Source: a virus
Taxonomy: Duplodnaviria > Caudoviricetes
IMG/VR virus record: IMGVR_UViG_3300010052_000158
Coordinates: 1-40,168 of that record
Strand: one strand, 5' to 3'
DNA: 40,168 nt
Shown: positions 1 to 9,237 of the stretch, in pieces
How positions within the stretch are numbered: position 1 is the first letter of the stretch
How the letters are laid out: each line of letters starts with the position of its first letter
Made by a program: the position numbers and the translations under genes
The notes under the pieces: generated by a model
Told to the model about the DNA's origin: nothing
What the model saw: the letters and a program-made list of their open reading frames with translations, nothing else
Databases searched by the model: none

Positions 1-168
1 GTCGCTCTTGACGCCGCTGGCCGTCGTGTGGAGCAGACAAGGGGAACCGTCCGGAGCGGTTGCCGCGACGACGGTGCCCGAATCCGATGCCGACCAGTTG
101 GTTGCGTCGGTCATGGCGTCGAGCACTGCCCCCTCGCTGATGATATGATGGGACAGATCGCGGCTCAT
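1..168 (-). CDS. Partial tail-region protein (runs off window left end)
   Basis: ATG at 168 overlaps TGA of the 165..542 gene (ATGA); open frame MSRDLSHHIISEGAVLDAMTDATNW... to position 1. Confidence 0.6.
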   Translation of the reverse strand, partial: MSRDLSHHIISEGAVLDAMTDATNWSASDSGTVVAATAPDGSPCLLHTTASGVKSD

Positions 169-542
169 CGCAGTCGATACTCCCCAGTGACCTTGGCGGT
201 CCCGACGATGTCGATGTAGATGCCGTTCGAGAAGAACTTGCCACGTGTGACGCCGATGCGACCCGTGAATGCCGCCGTGAACGTGTGGCTGAAAAGTACC
301 GTGCCCGATGCCGCCGAGTTGTCGTAGATGATCACGCCGCCCGAACTTGCCGCCTCGATGAAAATGTCGCCGAGTTCGCCTTGACCGGTGACGATGTTCT
401 CGTCTGCGGACTTGTTCGTGAAGCTCAGGTCGTAGCGAGGAGGACGAGCGCCCAGCGAATAGCTGCCGTCTCCATTCTCGTGCGCCCGGATGTCGACCCG
501 AGTCCCGTCAAAGCTCTGAAACCGTACCGTCTTGTCTGCCAT
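165..542 (-). CDS. Hypothetical virion-associated protein
   Basis: AAGGAG upstream of ATG; beta-rich, in tail operon. Confidence 0.7.
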   Translation of the reverse strand: MADKTVRFQSFDGTRVDIRAHENGDGSYSLGARPPRYDLSFTNKSADENIVTGQGELGDIFIEAASSGGVIIYDNSAASGTVLFSHTFTAAFTGRIGVTRGKFFSNGIYIDIVGTAKVTGEYRLR

Positions 543-554
543 TGCACTTGCTCC

Positions 555-1592
555 TTAAAGCGGGCTTCCCATACCCGTTGCTGATGCCGATGCCGGCCAA
601 GCCGGCGACCCCGATGAAGTCACGGGCTCAATCACTGCGTACTGGCCCGGTGTGAGTGTCACGACGGTCGTTGTCCCCGTCACATCCTTGACCACGATGT
701 TGTTGGATGACCCAACGTTCATGATCTTGAAGCTGTGGCCAAAGCTCAGACCAGTAGCCGAAGGCAGCTCGACGTCTCTGTTACCGCCGCTGGCCGTCAG
801 CGCCTGGACCCGCGCGTCCTGCAGGGTGAGCTGCTTCGTCGCCGAGATCGTCTCGACGTTGACCGTCCAGGCCGTGGCCTGGATCACGCCCGCCTTCGTG
901 AGCTGCATGACCTGGTCGTCTTCGTTGTTCAGGAAGAGCTCAGGCTTGCCCGAAGCGTCCTTCGCGTAGATGTTGACCGCCGAGACCGGCGCGTCTGGAT
1001 CGTCGGCGCGCTCTGCAACCTCCACGCGGGTCGATGTCTTGACCTTGCCCGCCACAACCGCGTCGGCGGTCACCTCGACGTCTTCGAGAGTGGTCTGGCC
1101 TGCAACGTCGAATGCCGTCGTCGGCGTCTTTCCGATGCCGATACGCCCGTTGTACATGTCGACCACGAACAGGCTCTCGCCGAGCTCGAAGTTGCGGATG
1201 CTCGTCTGCCGCCATAGCGACATTCGACCCGTCGTCTCGACCGTGGTGATGTTCCCAGAGGCCGCCGTCACCCGTCCAAGACAGACCAGGTACCCGCCTG
1301 GGTCCGCGCTGCTGGCCGATTCGGTGATCGTGCCATCCTCGTCGAGCCAGATGTAGTTTGTGGCGTTGTTGGTGACGGTGAACTCGAACGCCTCGAAGGC
1401 ATTCGCGCACCGTCCATGAGCGATACCCGCCGCGATACCGAGCGTGAGCCCGCCCTCGTCAGAAAGGTCGAGCCCCGAGAGGACCCCGCGCCCGATTGCG
1501 TTCTCGGCAGCGTTTTCGAGCGCCGCCATGATCGCGTTGAACATCGATCTCCCGAAGCTCGTCGCCGTTGTGATCCTTGTCAGTCCGTCCAA
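555..1592 (-). CDS. Putative tail fibre/tail-tip protein
   Basis: GRIGIGKTPTTAFDVAG fibre-type repeat; T/A/G/S-rich; distal tail module position. Confidence 0.6.
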   Translation of the reverse strand: MDGLTRITTATSFGRSMFNAIMAALENAAENAIGRGVLSGLDLSDEGGLTLGIAAGIAHGRCANAFEAFEFTVTNNATNYIWLDEDGTITESASSADPGGYLVCLGRVTAASGNITTVETTGRMSLWRQTSIRNFELGESLFVVDMYNGRIGIGKTPTTAFDVAGQTTLEDVEVTADAVVAGKVKTSTRVEVAERADDPDAPVSAVNIYAKDASGKPELFLNNEDDQVMQLTKAGVIQATAWTVNVETISATKQLTLQDARVQALTASGGNRDVELPSATGLSFGHSFKIMNVGSSNNIVVKDVTGTTTVVTLTPGQYAVIEPVTSSGSPAWPASASATGMGSPL

Positions 1593-1999
1593 TTCAGTCC
1601 TCCGTCTTGGCTGTAGAAGCGTTTCATCGCGTCGTCGGTCTTAATCGTCGCTACCAGCCGGTGCTGGCTCGACCGGTCAACTTCGAGCCCGGCCATGTAG
1701 CCCGTCTCGACCTCCACGATCGTGCCGCGGGTCGTGAAGCTCGTCTCGTTCGGCAGCTTGCGCAGACACTTCCAGATGGCTGGATCTGGTGCGGTGTCGT
1801 GGACGATCACGTATTCGATGCCCGTGTCGGGGTCGATCGCGAATCCGAAGTGCGTGTAGTTTCCGATTTCCAACTGCTCACTCCACATGCCGCCGGCGCA
1901 GCTTGAGTTGCTCTGGATGCGCCAGAGCTTGACCGCTGGAGCAGCCGCTTCGACCCATCCGCCAAATGACGTGCCCCACGAGCCTCCCCATGCCGGCAC
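1580..1999 (-). CDS. Hypothetical tail protein with Asp-box/BNR motif; probable chimera
   Basis: C-terminal SQDGGLNW Asp-box; WGGSWG N-terminus; propeller-blade-like segments. Confidence 0.6.
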   Translation of the reverse strand: MPAWGGSWGTSFGGWVEAAAPAVKLWRIQSNSSCAGGMWSEQLEIGNYTHFGFAIDPDTGIEYVIVHDTAPDPAIWKCLRKLPNETSFTTRGTIVEVETGYMAGLEVDRSSQHRLVATIKTDDAMKRFYSQDGGLNWTD

Positions 2000-2989
2000 T
2001 TAGGGCCCCCACTCGTTGCCAGGGCTTCCATCACCGGTAACCGTCACATCGTTGACGCTTTGGATGTTCGCGTCCACCTGCCCTGCGACCGTAAAGGTGA
2101 GTGAGTCGGTCTTGGCCTTGATCGCGTCGACGACGGTATCCACCGTGTCGATCTTTGTCTCGTTGGCGTCGATGTTCGTGTTGATGCCCGTCAGCTGCGT
2201 GTCGAGGTTCGCGGATGCGAGCCCGACCGCTGAACGTGTACCTGCCGCATCGAGCGGAGCCGTGTAGCTTGCCGATGCCAGCCTGGAGCTGATAGCCGCG
2301 TCGAGGTTGTCGGCGATGCGCTTGCCGATCGATCCGACCGTAGTCAGCGCAGACGTCAACGCATCCCAGATCGCTTGGATGGCTGAAGCGGACAGCGCAT
2401 AGCCGGTCTTGTCGTTGTTGGTCGTTACCGTGACGCCGGAGGTGACCGATCCAACCGACCCAGAAACAGAGGCCACGGCCTGCGACGTGCTGATCGTCGT
2501 GCCAGAAAGGTTGACCGATGTCGTTGGCCCTCCGATGTTCGCCCAGTCAATGCCGGCTTCTCCCGTGGCGGTCACGTCGAGCGTTCTGCCGTTGACTGTC
2601 GGGGCGAGACGGGTGGACACTGCCGCGTCGAGGTTGGCCATGCGACTGTCGTTCCAGTACGGGTACAGGGAGCTGGCGTTTCCATACGTCCAACACACGA
2701 TCTCAAGGTCGTCCCATTCTTTTGGGCTTGTCTGGTCGGCGAACAGAATCCTGACTTCACCCGCGCTCGACTCGGTCGCGCTGATGGTGACGTTGACTTG
2801 CCTCGTGTTCGTTCCGTCGACAGCAGGCAGCGTGTTGAGGTTGGACTCGGCCCCGCCGTCTTTGCTGATCTTCACATCCCCAGCGGCAAGGGTCGGAGAC
2901 GTTTGCAGGTTCCCGGTCCCCGCGCTTTCCAGAGACACCCTGAACGTCGTGATCGAGTTGTACGGAATGAACCTTGTGATTGTTCTCAT
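2000..2989 (-). CDS. Putative virion structural protein
   Basis: T/S/A-rich; internal repeats ANLDAAVSTRLA / DNLDAAISSRLA / ANLDTQL; ATGA-coupled to upstream gene. Confidence 0.6.
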   Translation of the reverse strand: MRTITRFIPYNSITTFRVSLESAGTGNLQTSPTLAAGDVKISKDGGAESNLNTLPAVDGTNTRQVNVTISATESSAGEVRILFADQTSPKEWDDLEIVCWTYGNASSLYPYWNDSRMANLDAAVSTRLAPTVNGRTLDVTATGEAGIDWANIGGPTTSVNLSGTTISTSQAVASVSGSVGSVTSGVTVTTNNDKTGYALSASAIQAIWDALTSALTTVGSIGKRIADNLDAAISSRLASASYTAPLDAAGTRSAVGLASANLDTQLTGINTNIDANETKIDTVDTVVDAIKAKTDSLTFTVAGQVDANIQSVNDVTVTGDGSPGNEWGP

Positions 2990-4032
2990 GCCTTCACCGC
3001 AGGGCTGATTCCGAGTTGCATGCTCACTTGATCAGCAGAAATGGTCCACGCTGAAAGCGTGTAGGCCGACGAATACACCGTGTGCATCCCCCACGGGTTG
3101 TTTGCGTCTGAAGTGCCGGTGGCGGCGTAGTTGCCATAGGCAGTCCCCAGAAGGAACCAGTAGTGGCTCGAGGTTCCCCCGGAGGTCGTCTCCTGCTCGA
3201 TCGATACGACGTAGTCGGCATCAGGCTCCAACAGCACAGGGCTAGTGAAATACCAGCTCTGAAATCGGCTGCCGCCTGTAGACGCGGACCCTTGCCGCGA
3301 GTTCGAGGTGGCGACCAAGGTCGTACCCCGATAGACGCGGGCCACAAGCGACCCTGCCGATGCAAATGTCCCGACAAGCCTTGTGGCAGCGTTCACGCGG
3401 TGGAGGAAGAACCTACCCGGAACCCTGAACCTGACACCTGCACGTCCGTAAACTGTAGACCCGTTGGAGTAGAGCGACGTCGTGGAGATAAATCCGTTCT
3501 GAGCTCGTGACCATATCCTGCCAGCCCTCGACGAATCTGAGAACGAGAGCTGGATGTTCGGGTCGTAGCCCCACTCGTCATCCCAGTTCGTGCCACTGTC
3601 GTAGGAGATTTTCGTTCCATAACCGGGCCGACCCGGAATGCTGAACGGCATAAGTAGGCCGAAGTAGTTCGACGCAGGAGTCCCAGCCGCATTCTTGATG
3701 AGCACCCCGTAGTAGTTGCCGTCTGTTAGCGACTGGGAGAGCCCTGTGATGTTCTGGCTCGTATAGGAAGCCGGTGTTGCCGTTCCCGTGGTGATCGAAC
3801 TCCCAACAGCACCCGCGATGTCTGAGTTTCGCAGGTCCCACGACAGAATGTTCGTGACCGTCCCAGCGATCCCAGCCACGGGCAACCTCATCGAGTTCAG
3901 GGTTCGAGTTCCGATCTGCCGCCAATGGATGAAGGCCCAGTTCGCCGCGGCATTGAGGACAACCTCTGGCTGGCTATTGACGATCATGCTCGGGCCGAGC
4001 GTGAGCATGTCAAGGCTTGGTGTGTACGGCAT
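2986..4032 (-). CDS. Putative virion/receptor-binding beta-sandwich protein
   Basis: 348 aa, beta/aromatic-rich; GAGG upstream; contains SYDSGTNW Asp-box-like motif. Confidence 0.5.
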   Translation of the reverse strand: MPYTPSLDMLTLGPSMIVNSQPEVVLNAAANWAFIHWRQIGTRTLNSMRLPVAGIAGTVTNILSWDLRNSDIAGAVGSSITTGTATPASYTSQNITGLSQSLTDGNYYGVLIKNAAGTPASNYFGLLMPFSIPGRPGYGTKISYDSGTNWDDEWGYDPNIQLSFSDSSRAGRIWSRAQNGFISTTSLYSNGSTVYGRAGVRFRVPGRFFLHRVNAATRLVGTFASAGSLVARVYRGTTLVATSNSRQGSASTGGSRFQSWYFTSPVLLEPDADYVVSIEQETTSGGTSSHYWFLLGTAYGNYAATGTSDANNPWGMHTVYSSAYTLSAWTISADQVSMQLGISPAVKA

Positions 4033-4079
4033 TTAGCATAACCTCATCTTGTCGCTGGTTGAAGCTAGTAGAAGCATGG

Positions 4080-5480
4080 TCAACTCTCGATCTGCGGACC
4101 GCGGTAGACGATGACGTGATGGCCCTTCGGGCTGAACCCACCCTGGGCAAGACCTTCCGCTGAAGCAACGAACTGGACATCGCTCGTGCCGTTCACCTTG
4201 TGCCGCCAGACCTGGATTTCAGATCCGCCTGAGAGCACAGTGTAGAGCCGCCCCTGAGAGTCGGTCCACATGTGCGAGTCGGTAAGCTCGTCGCACGGCG
4301 GCTTCGCGTGCTCGACGTCAGCATCGGCCTCGTACCAACAGATGTCGGTGCCCGTCGGATGGCAGATCGGAGGAGGGCTTGGCGGATCGTCGGGCAGCGG
4401 CGTCGGGCAGTTTCCAGGAGGCGATACCAGGAACGCGTAGTATTTGTACGCGTCCATGTGGATGACCCCCTTGTTGTATTGGATCACCGTCTCGTCTTCG
4501 GTGATGGTGAACGGCCCGTAGTAGGTGTACGGGTCTTCGTAGTAGAACGGATTGGCTAGCGGGTCAGAGCACCTCGCGCGAGCCATCACGGTCCGGGTTC
4601 TGATCTTCGCATCCTTCGGATAGAACCGCGCGCTGATCGGAAGGAGCACATACTCCTCATCCATCCGGTAGACGTCGCGGACCGTAGGCGTTCCGATCTC
4701 TGGATGATCAGGGTCGCAGTAGCAGGTGTAACGCCCTAGCGGAACCTGATCGATGTCGACGAGCAGCTCAGTGTTGAGCGTGACTTCCCAAACGGTTGGC
4801 GGCGAGTCGGTGCCGATGACGCCGGGAGGCTCGTCGCAGTCGCAATCCGTGTCCGGAACGTTGAACGTCTGGTCGACCTTAACGTCCGGTTCGACCGTCG
4901 TCGATCCTTCGGTGTAGCGCCATCCGAACGTCGAAGCGTTGAGGATCTGATAGACCTCGCTTGGCCCAAACTGGGGCGTATGGGGCAGCACGGCCACCCG
5001 AACGTCTTCCGTGCCGAGATAGGCGAGCGCCTCGCCGGATAGGCAGTTGAACCGCGCGTCGTACTCGTTCCCAAGCAGGAACCACGGCGCGCCATGCTGA
5101 TAGGCCAAATACTCAGAAGCAGATCCAGGCTTGACGTACCACAGGATGTCGTCGGAGTCGATTCGCCAAGCGTCGCAGTCCGTCTCGAGCACCGCGTTCG
5201 TGAACTTGATCCGCATGGACAGATCGTTCTGCCAAAGTTCGCCGTCGTCATCCTCCGCAATTCCGAGCGAGTTGCAGAAGAAGCGAGCCCGCCATCGGCC
5301 CTCGCTGTCATTCGCGTCGTAGACGCTGACGATCTGGGCACCAAACGGTGAGCCGTTTCCGAAGCCGATGCCCATGTTCGCGCCGCCCACCATCGCGCGG
5401 ATGTGAGGCGCCCTCTGCTTGGACATTTCGACCACGACGCGGAACTCGTAGTCGCGCGCGGCTTGGTTCGGATAGATCAT
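4080..5480 (-). CDS. Cys/Pro-rich tail protein, C-terminus possibly truncated
   Basis: 466 aa ORF coupled to upstream gene; ends in two propeller-blade-like segments. Confidence 0.6.
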   Translation of the reverse strand: MIYPNQAARDYEFRVVVEMSKQRAPHIRAMVGGANMGIGFGNGSPFGAQIVSVYDANDSEGRWRARFFCNSLGIAEDDDGELWQNDLSMRIKFTNAVLETDCDAWRIDSDDILWYVKPGSASEYLAYQHGAPWFLLGNEYDARFNCLSGEALAYLGTEDVRVAVLPHTPQFGPSEVYQILNASTFGWRYTEGSTTVEPDVKVDQTFNVPDTDCDCDEPPGVIGTDSPPTVWEVTLNTELLVDIDQVPLGRYTCYCDPDHPEIGTPTVRDVYRMDEEYVLLPISARFYPKDAKIRTRTVMARARCSDPLANPFYYEDPYTYYGPFTITEDETVIQYNKGVIHMDAYKYYAFLVSPPGNCPTPLPDDPPSPPPICHPTGTDICWYEADADVEHAKPPCDELTDSHMWTDSQGRLYTVLSGGSEIQVWRHKVNGTSDVQFVASAEGLAQGGFSPKGHHVIVYRGPQIES

Positions 5481-5758
5481 GGGCGCATGACATCCGGGCC
5501 ACCGACGATCGAGTAGCCGGGAACGAACCAGAAGAGCCCCACCATGTCGCTCGTGATGTACGAACCGTCGACGTCGCTTGAGAGGACGCGTAGCTGAACA
5601 TCCTCTGCCGGCGTGAGCTGGCCGACGTCGATTTGAGAGCGCCTCGAGGCGACGGCGATGTGACCCGAGTAGAGCTTGCGAGCCTCAGCGATGAACTCTC
5701 GCTGAAACCGGCGCATCCTGCGGACGTTCGGATCCGCACCACGTCCACGCGCGCTCAC
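5477..5758 (-). CDS. Hypothetical tail protein
   Basis: 4-nt overlaps with both neighbours (GTGA/ATGA). Confidence 0.6.
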   Translation of the reverse strand: MSARGRGADPNVRRMRRFQREFIAEARKLYSGHIAVASRRSQIDVGQLTPAEDVQLRVLSSDVDGSYITSDMVGLFWFVPGYSIVGGPDVMRP

Positions 5759-8349
5759 GGAAGCACCTCGCTAAACATCGGGATGGTCACTTCGTCGATC
5801 ACGTAGTCGGCCACGCCTTCGTAGAACATCGTGTACTCGGCTTCCCACTGGTAGCGCCTATCGGGATGCGTTCCGAAGCCAGTTGTCGGCGACTCGTCCT
5901 TGTCGTGGGCGAGCTCGACCTGAGCCGTAGCAATCCTCCACGCGCCGAAGCTGACGATCGCGCCGTCAGGATCTCGGCCGATCACCGCCACGAACATCGG
6001 CGGCCTTACGAAGGGCTGCCACTCGCCGCGAATGTTGAGGATTCTCTCGGTCGTGCAGAACTCGGCGAACCGGTGCCTCGCAACCCGCGCCAGGTCGTTC
6101 GTGTTCGTGCCCTGGTGCGCCTCTCTCGGCGTGTGGTGCATCGTCCGGACGCCCGCCTGAAAGTCGACATGGTCTTCGTCCTGGATCGCGTCGTAATCCG
6201 GGTCGATGTGGACGGCGAGTCCCTTGGCATGCTGATCGGCGGACGTGCCCGAGTAGACGCTAAGCGCGTTGTACTGCGCCCGCCGATTCGTGAATTCAAG
6301 GTCGCTGAGACCGAGAATGTAACGGCGATCGGCCAGTTCGTCCCACCGCTCGGTGTCGGTCAGAACGCTCCCCTCGATCTCCTCGATGATGGATGCGTCG
6401 AGCACGAGGAACACCGTAGGCAGCTCTTCTTCGGTAGGGTCTGACGGATCCACGGCGTAGACGTCGCCGAGCCCTACTTCCCACTCGTCCGAGTCGCCGT
6501 TGTAGGTCGCCCTTACGGGCTTGCGCTGCTGAACGCCGAACGTGTCGACAGAATCGCGGATTTCGTCTGCAGGCGTCGAGTCTTCGGTGACGGCCGGCAT
6601 TTCGTCGATGAGGTTCCAGTAAGGCAGGTCGATGTCGCTCAGGCCCGAGCCGACCTCCGTTGCCACCATGCCGCCGAACTCGATCGCGTCGGCGATGCGC
6701 TGAAACGCGTTCGGTGATCGATATAGGCTCAGATGGTGGACGCCGACGTAACGCGGCAGCCTCGTCTGCTCGAGACGGTCCCACATGTCGTATCCCTCGA
6801 TCGACGTCAGCATCATCACCTGATGCTCGTCGCCATCGCTGATCGTCTTGCCCTTCGAGCCGACAACCGTGTTCGCGATGTCCTCGATGTAGCCATCCCA
6901 CACCGCAGCGCCGTCGATCTCGAGTCGGAGCGTCGCGTCGAGTTTGAGCAACTTGTCCCAGCTTGCGAACCGCTGCATGTGGACCGTGAGCGGATTCCCT
7001 CCAGGATCTTCGCTGAGCGTGAAGTTGATGCGCGTCCAGTTGCCGGATAGATCGATCGGCGTCGTGGTCGGCGTGTAGGTCACCGTGGGCCAACGGAACT
7101 CGTAGCCGAGGATGTACGGGCTTCGCTTGTTTCCGTCGAACGAGTTGATGACTACCTTCGGCGTCGGATACTTGTCGCTGGCCGCGGTCCATGCCTGGTC
7201 GCGTCGATTGCGAAGCGACTTCACAATATAGGTGCTCGAGTTATCCTTGAGGTTGAAGCCGTAGTACCACAGGTTGTCGGCGGCGGTCGCCGCCACTTCG
7301 GGGATCGGCCTCGGGAGAGCCTCGCTCATCAGGGCGATGCTCGCCGTCTCCGGATAGCGGACACGGTGCATCGACAGGGCATAGTTGATTCCCTTCTTGA
7401 GCACTCCGGCCACGTCTTGCCCCAGCTGCGCGAAGAAGAACGCGTTGCCCGGCGAGAGCATATCTGGGTCAATCTCTGTCCGATCCGGGTTTAAGCCTTC
7501 GACTTCATGGATGAATGCCGGCCCTGCGGTCCCCGCGTATCGCCTCGTGCGATCGGTCGGAGCTGAAGCCGTGCTGATGTAGAACGCCAGATACTTCGGA
7601 GGCAATGGCAGAATCGCGACGTGGAGCGGTTCGTTCGACGAGACTGCGCCCTGAGCCACGTGGTGCTCGTCGACCATCTGCCAGTCGGGCACCAGCTGCG
7701 TTCCCCAGTTCCGGTAGAGCGTCCACTTACCGCTGACGTGCTGGCGCAGAAACCATCGGCCACCGAAGAAGAGCCCCCACCGGTAAGCCTCGTCGCGCTC
7801 GCCCGCGTAGCCGAAGTTCCAGAGCAAGAGCCCGATGCCCTCGTTCTTCGAGAATGGGTTCTTGGTCCGCAGAACCGGAGCCACTTCGCCCGTGGTGAGC
7901 GCAGACAGGGCGGTCAGGTCCGGAGAGAGCGAGCCGAGCGCCGTGAGGACGCCCGTGGTGTCCGCCAGGTCCCTGAGCGTCTGCTGAAACTTGAACTGGT
8001 GGAGTTGGCCGTCGTCCTCGAGCCCGGCGTACTCTTCCCACTCGGCGGAGTTGCCGAACACGTAGTCAGTGCTCGCAAGGAAGGCGCCCTCCTCGACCGA
8101 CGAATCATAGAGCCAGTTGTCCCGCAGGAAGTTCGGCTTGAGCCCGAGGAGTCCTTGCGTCGGCTCGAACCATGCTTCATCCGGGAGCGTCCCCGGTGTG
8201 AAGTAGCCCGGATACTCCGGGTTCCCCTCGTCAGCGATGGTGACGTATTCGGCAGGCACGAACGCCTTGGCGCTCTTGATGACGCCCCACCCCTCGCGCA
8301 GGACCTCTTGGCGGGCATGATTCAGGATGAGGCTGATGTGTGCTGCCAT
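5755..8349 (-). CDS. Large tail-tip/hub protein
   Basis: 864 aa; first tail gene after tape measure and moron; LRLEIDGAAVWDGYIEDI...IEGYDMWDRL resembles tail hub segments. Confidence 0.55.
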   Translation of the reverse strand: MAAHISLILNHARQEVLREGWGVIKSAKAFVPAEYVTIADEGNPEYPGYFTPGTLPDEAWFEPTQGLLGLKPNFLRDNWLYDSSVEEGAFLASTDYVFGNSAEWEEYAGLEDDGQLHQFKFQQTLRDLADTTGVLTALGSLSPDLTALSALTTGEVAPVLRTKNPFSKNEGIGLLLWNFGYAGERDEAYRWGLFFGGRWFLRQHVSGKWTLYRNWGTQLVPDWQMVDEHHVAQGAVSSNEPLHVAILPLPPKYLAFYISTASAPTDRTRRYAGTAGPAFIHEVEGLNPDRTEIDPDMLSPGNAFFFAQLGQDVAGVLKKGINYALSMHRVRYPETASIALMSEALPRPIPEVAATAADNLWYYGFNLKDNSSTYIVKSLRNRRDQAWTAASDKYPTPKVVINSFDGNKRSPYILGYEFRWPTVTYTPTTTPIDLSGNWTRINFTLSEDPGGNPLTVHMQRFASWDKLLKLDATLRLEIDGAAVWDGYIEDIANTVVGSKGKTISDGDEHQVMMLTSIEGYDMWDRLEQTRLPRYVGVHHLSLYRSPNAFQRIADAIEFGGMVATEVGSGLSDIDLPYWNLIDEMPAVTEDSTPADEIRDSVDTFGVQQRKPVRATYNGDSDEWEVGLGDVYAVDPSDPTEEELPTVFLVLDASIIEEIEGSVLTDTERWDELADRRYILGLSDLEFTNRRAQYNALSVYSGTSADQHAKGLAVHIDPDYDAIQDEDHVDFQAGVRTMHHTPREAHQGTNTNDLARVARHRFAEFCTTERILNIRGEWQPFVRPPMFVAVIGRDPDGAIVSFGAWRIATAQVELAHDKDESPTTGFGTHPDRRYQWEAEYTMFYEGVADYVIDEVTIPMFSEVLP

Positions 8350-8360
8350 GACAATTGAGA

Positions 8361-8386
8361 AGGCCCCGCCGAGTTGGCGAGGCCCT
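8361..8386 (-). terminator. Hairpin after moron gene, possible intrinsic terminator
   Basis: GGGCCUCGCC-AACUC-GGCGGGGCCU followed by UCUCAAUU; weak U tract. Confidence 0.5.
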
Positions 8387-8410
8387 GATGCGTTGATGAG
8401 GTTGTGAGGC

Positions 8411-9202
8411 TTACTCTGGTATCCCGTGGACGTTGTCTAGGTTGAAGCCCTGTACGCCGCGAGCCTCCAAGATCGGAGCCACGAAACGCCAAGTCTCGCC
8501 CGGCCTGAGCAGCCCCAGTTTTGTCGCCGATGCGTCGTCGATGATGTTCCCGTTCCCGTCGAAGAGGTTGAAGCGAACACTGACTAGGTTGTAAGGCTTT
8601 GAACCGTTGTTCGTAACCTCTCCTTCAATCCAAGAGGTCATGCGGTCGTAGCGCCTCCGCTCGTTGGCGACCACCAAGTCACGCGCGATCTGATCGGCCT
8701 GTTCTCGCGAATTGCGAGTCATTTCCTCGTCGATCTCTCGGGATACTCTTTCTTTGAACTGCGTGTCAGTTTCAAGTAGCCCGGCCTCTTGCAGTGACTT
8801 CACCGCGATCGGATACTTGGCTCTTGCCGTGATGAACGGTTGGCCAGTTATGGCCTCCATCGAAATGAACGTCTCGGCGAACGTGAAGTGCGGCTTCGGA
8901 ACGAGCGTAGTGCCATCCTTCGACTGCACTACGTGATACTTCCCTAGCCCCACGATAAGGCTGAGCACGACGGATGCAGCGAACGCGCCGAGGGCTTTCC
9001 AGTTCGTGCCCCGCTTTGCGGCACTGATGGACGAAGTTGGAGCCGACGTCAGAGGCAGAATGTCCTGCGTCGCGAACTCGTATGGCGTCATTGCTGCCTG
9101 GAAAGCATCAGAGAGCGCCTTCTGGTCGATGTCTGTGACTCGAATACCCGGCTTGTACTTCTGCAGGTTCTTATCGACAGCGTCAAGCCATTGCTTGTAC
9201 AT
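8411..9202 (-). CDS. Moron: membrane-anchored FxLYD-domain protein
   Basis: TM segment WKALGAFAASVVLSLIVGLG; C-terminal IEGEVTNNG...FNLFDGNGNIID...LRPGETWRF; own promoter and terminator. Confidence 0.75.
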   Translation of the reverse strand: MYKQWLDAVDKNLQKYKPGIRVTDIDQKALSDAFQAAMTPYEFATQDILPLTSAPTSSISAAKRGTNWKALGAFAASVVLSLIVGLGKYHVVQSKDGTTLVPKPHFTFAETFISMEAITGQPFITARAKYPIAVKSLQEAGLLETDTQFKERVSREIDEEMTRNSREQADQIARDLVVANERRRYDRMTSWIEGEVTNNGSKPYNLVSVRFNLFDGNGNIIDDASATKLGLLRPGETWRFVAPILEARGVQGFNLDNVHGIPE

Positions 9203-9208
9203 GGCCCC

Positions 9209-9237
9209 ATTGTAACAAACTTCTCGCCCTAACGCAA
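9209..9237 (-). promoter_or_regulatory. Sigma70-type promoter of moron, leaderless
   Basis: -35 TTGCGT (9237-9232), 17 nt spacer ending TGT (extended -10), -10 TACAAT (9214-9209), 6 nt to ATG. Confidence 0.7.

Noticed and set aside
1931-4107. Precise excision or invertible tail-fibre switch at the GACCGC microhomology
   Set aside because: Join is out of frame, repeats are direct and short, no invertase present
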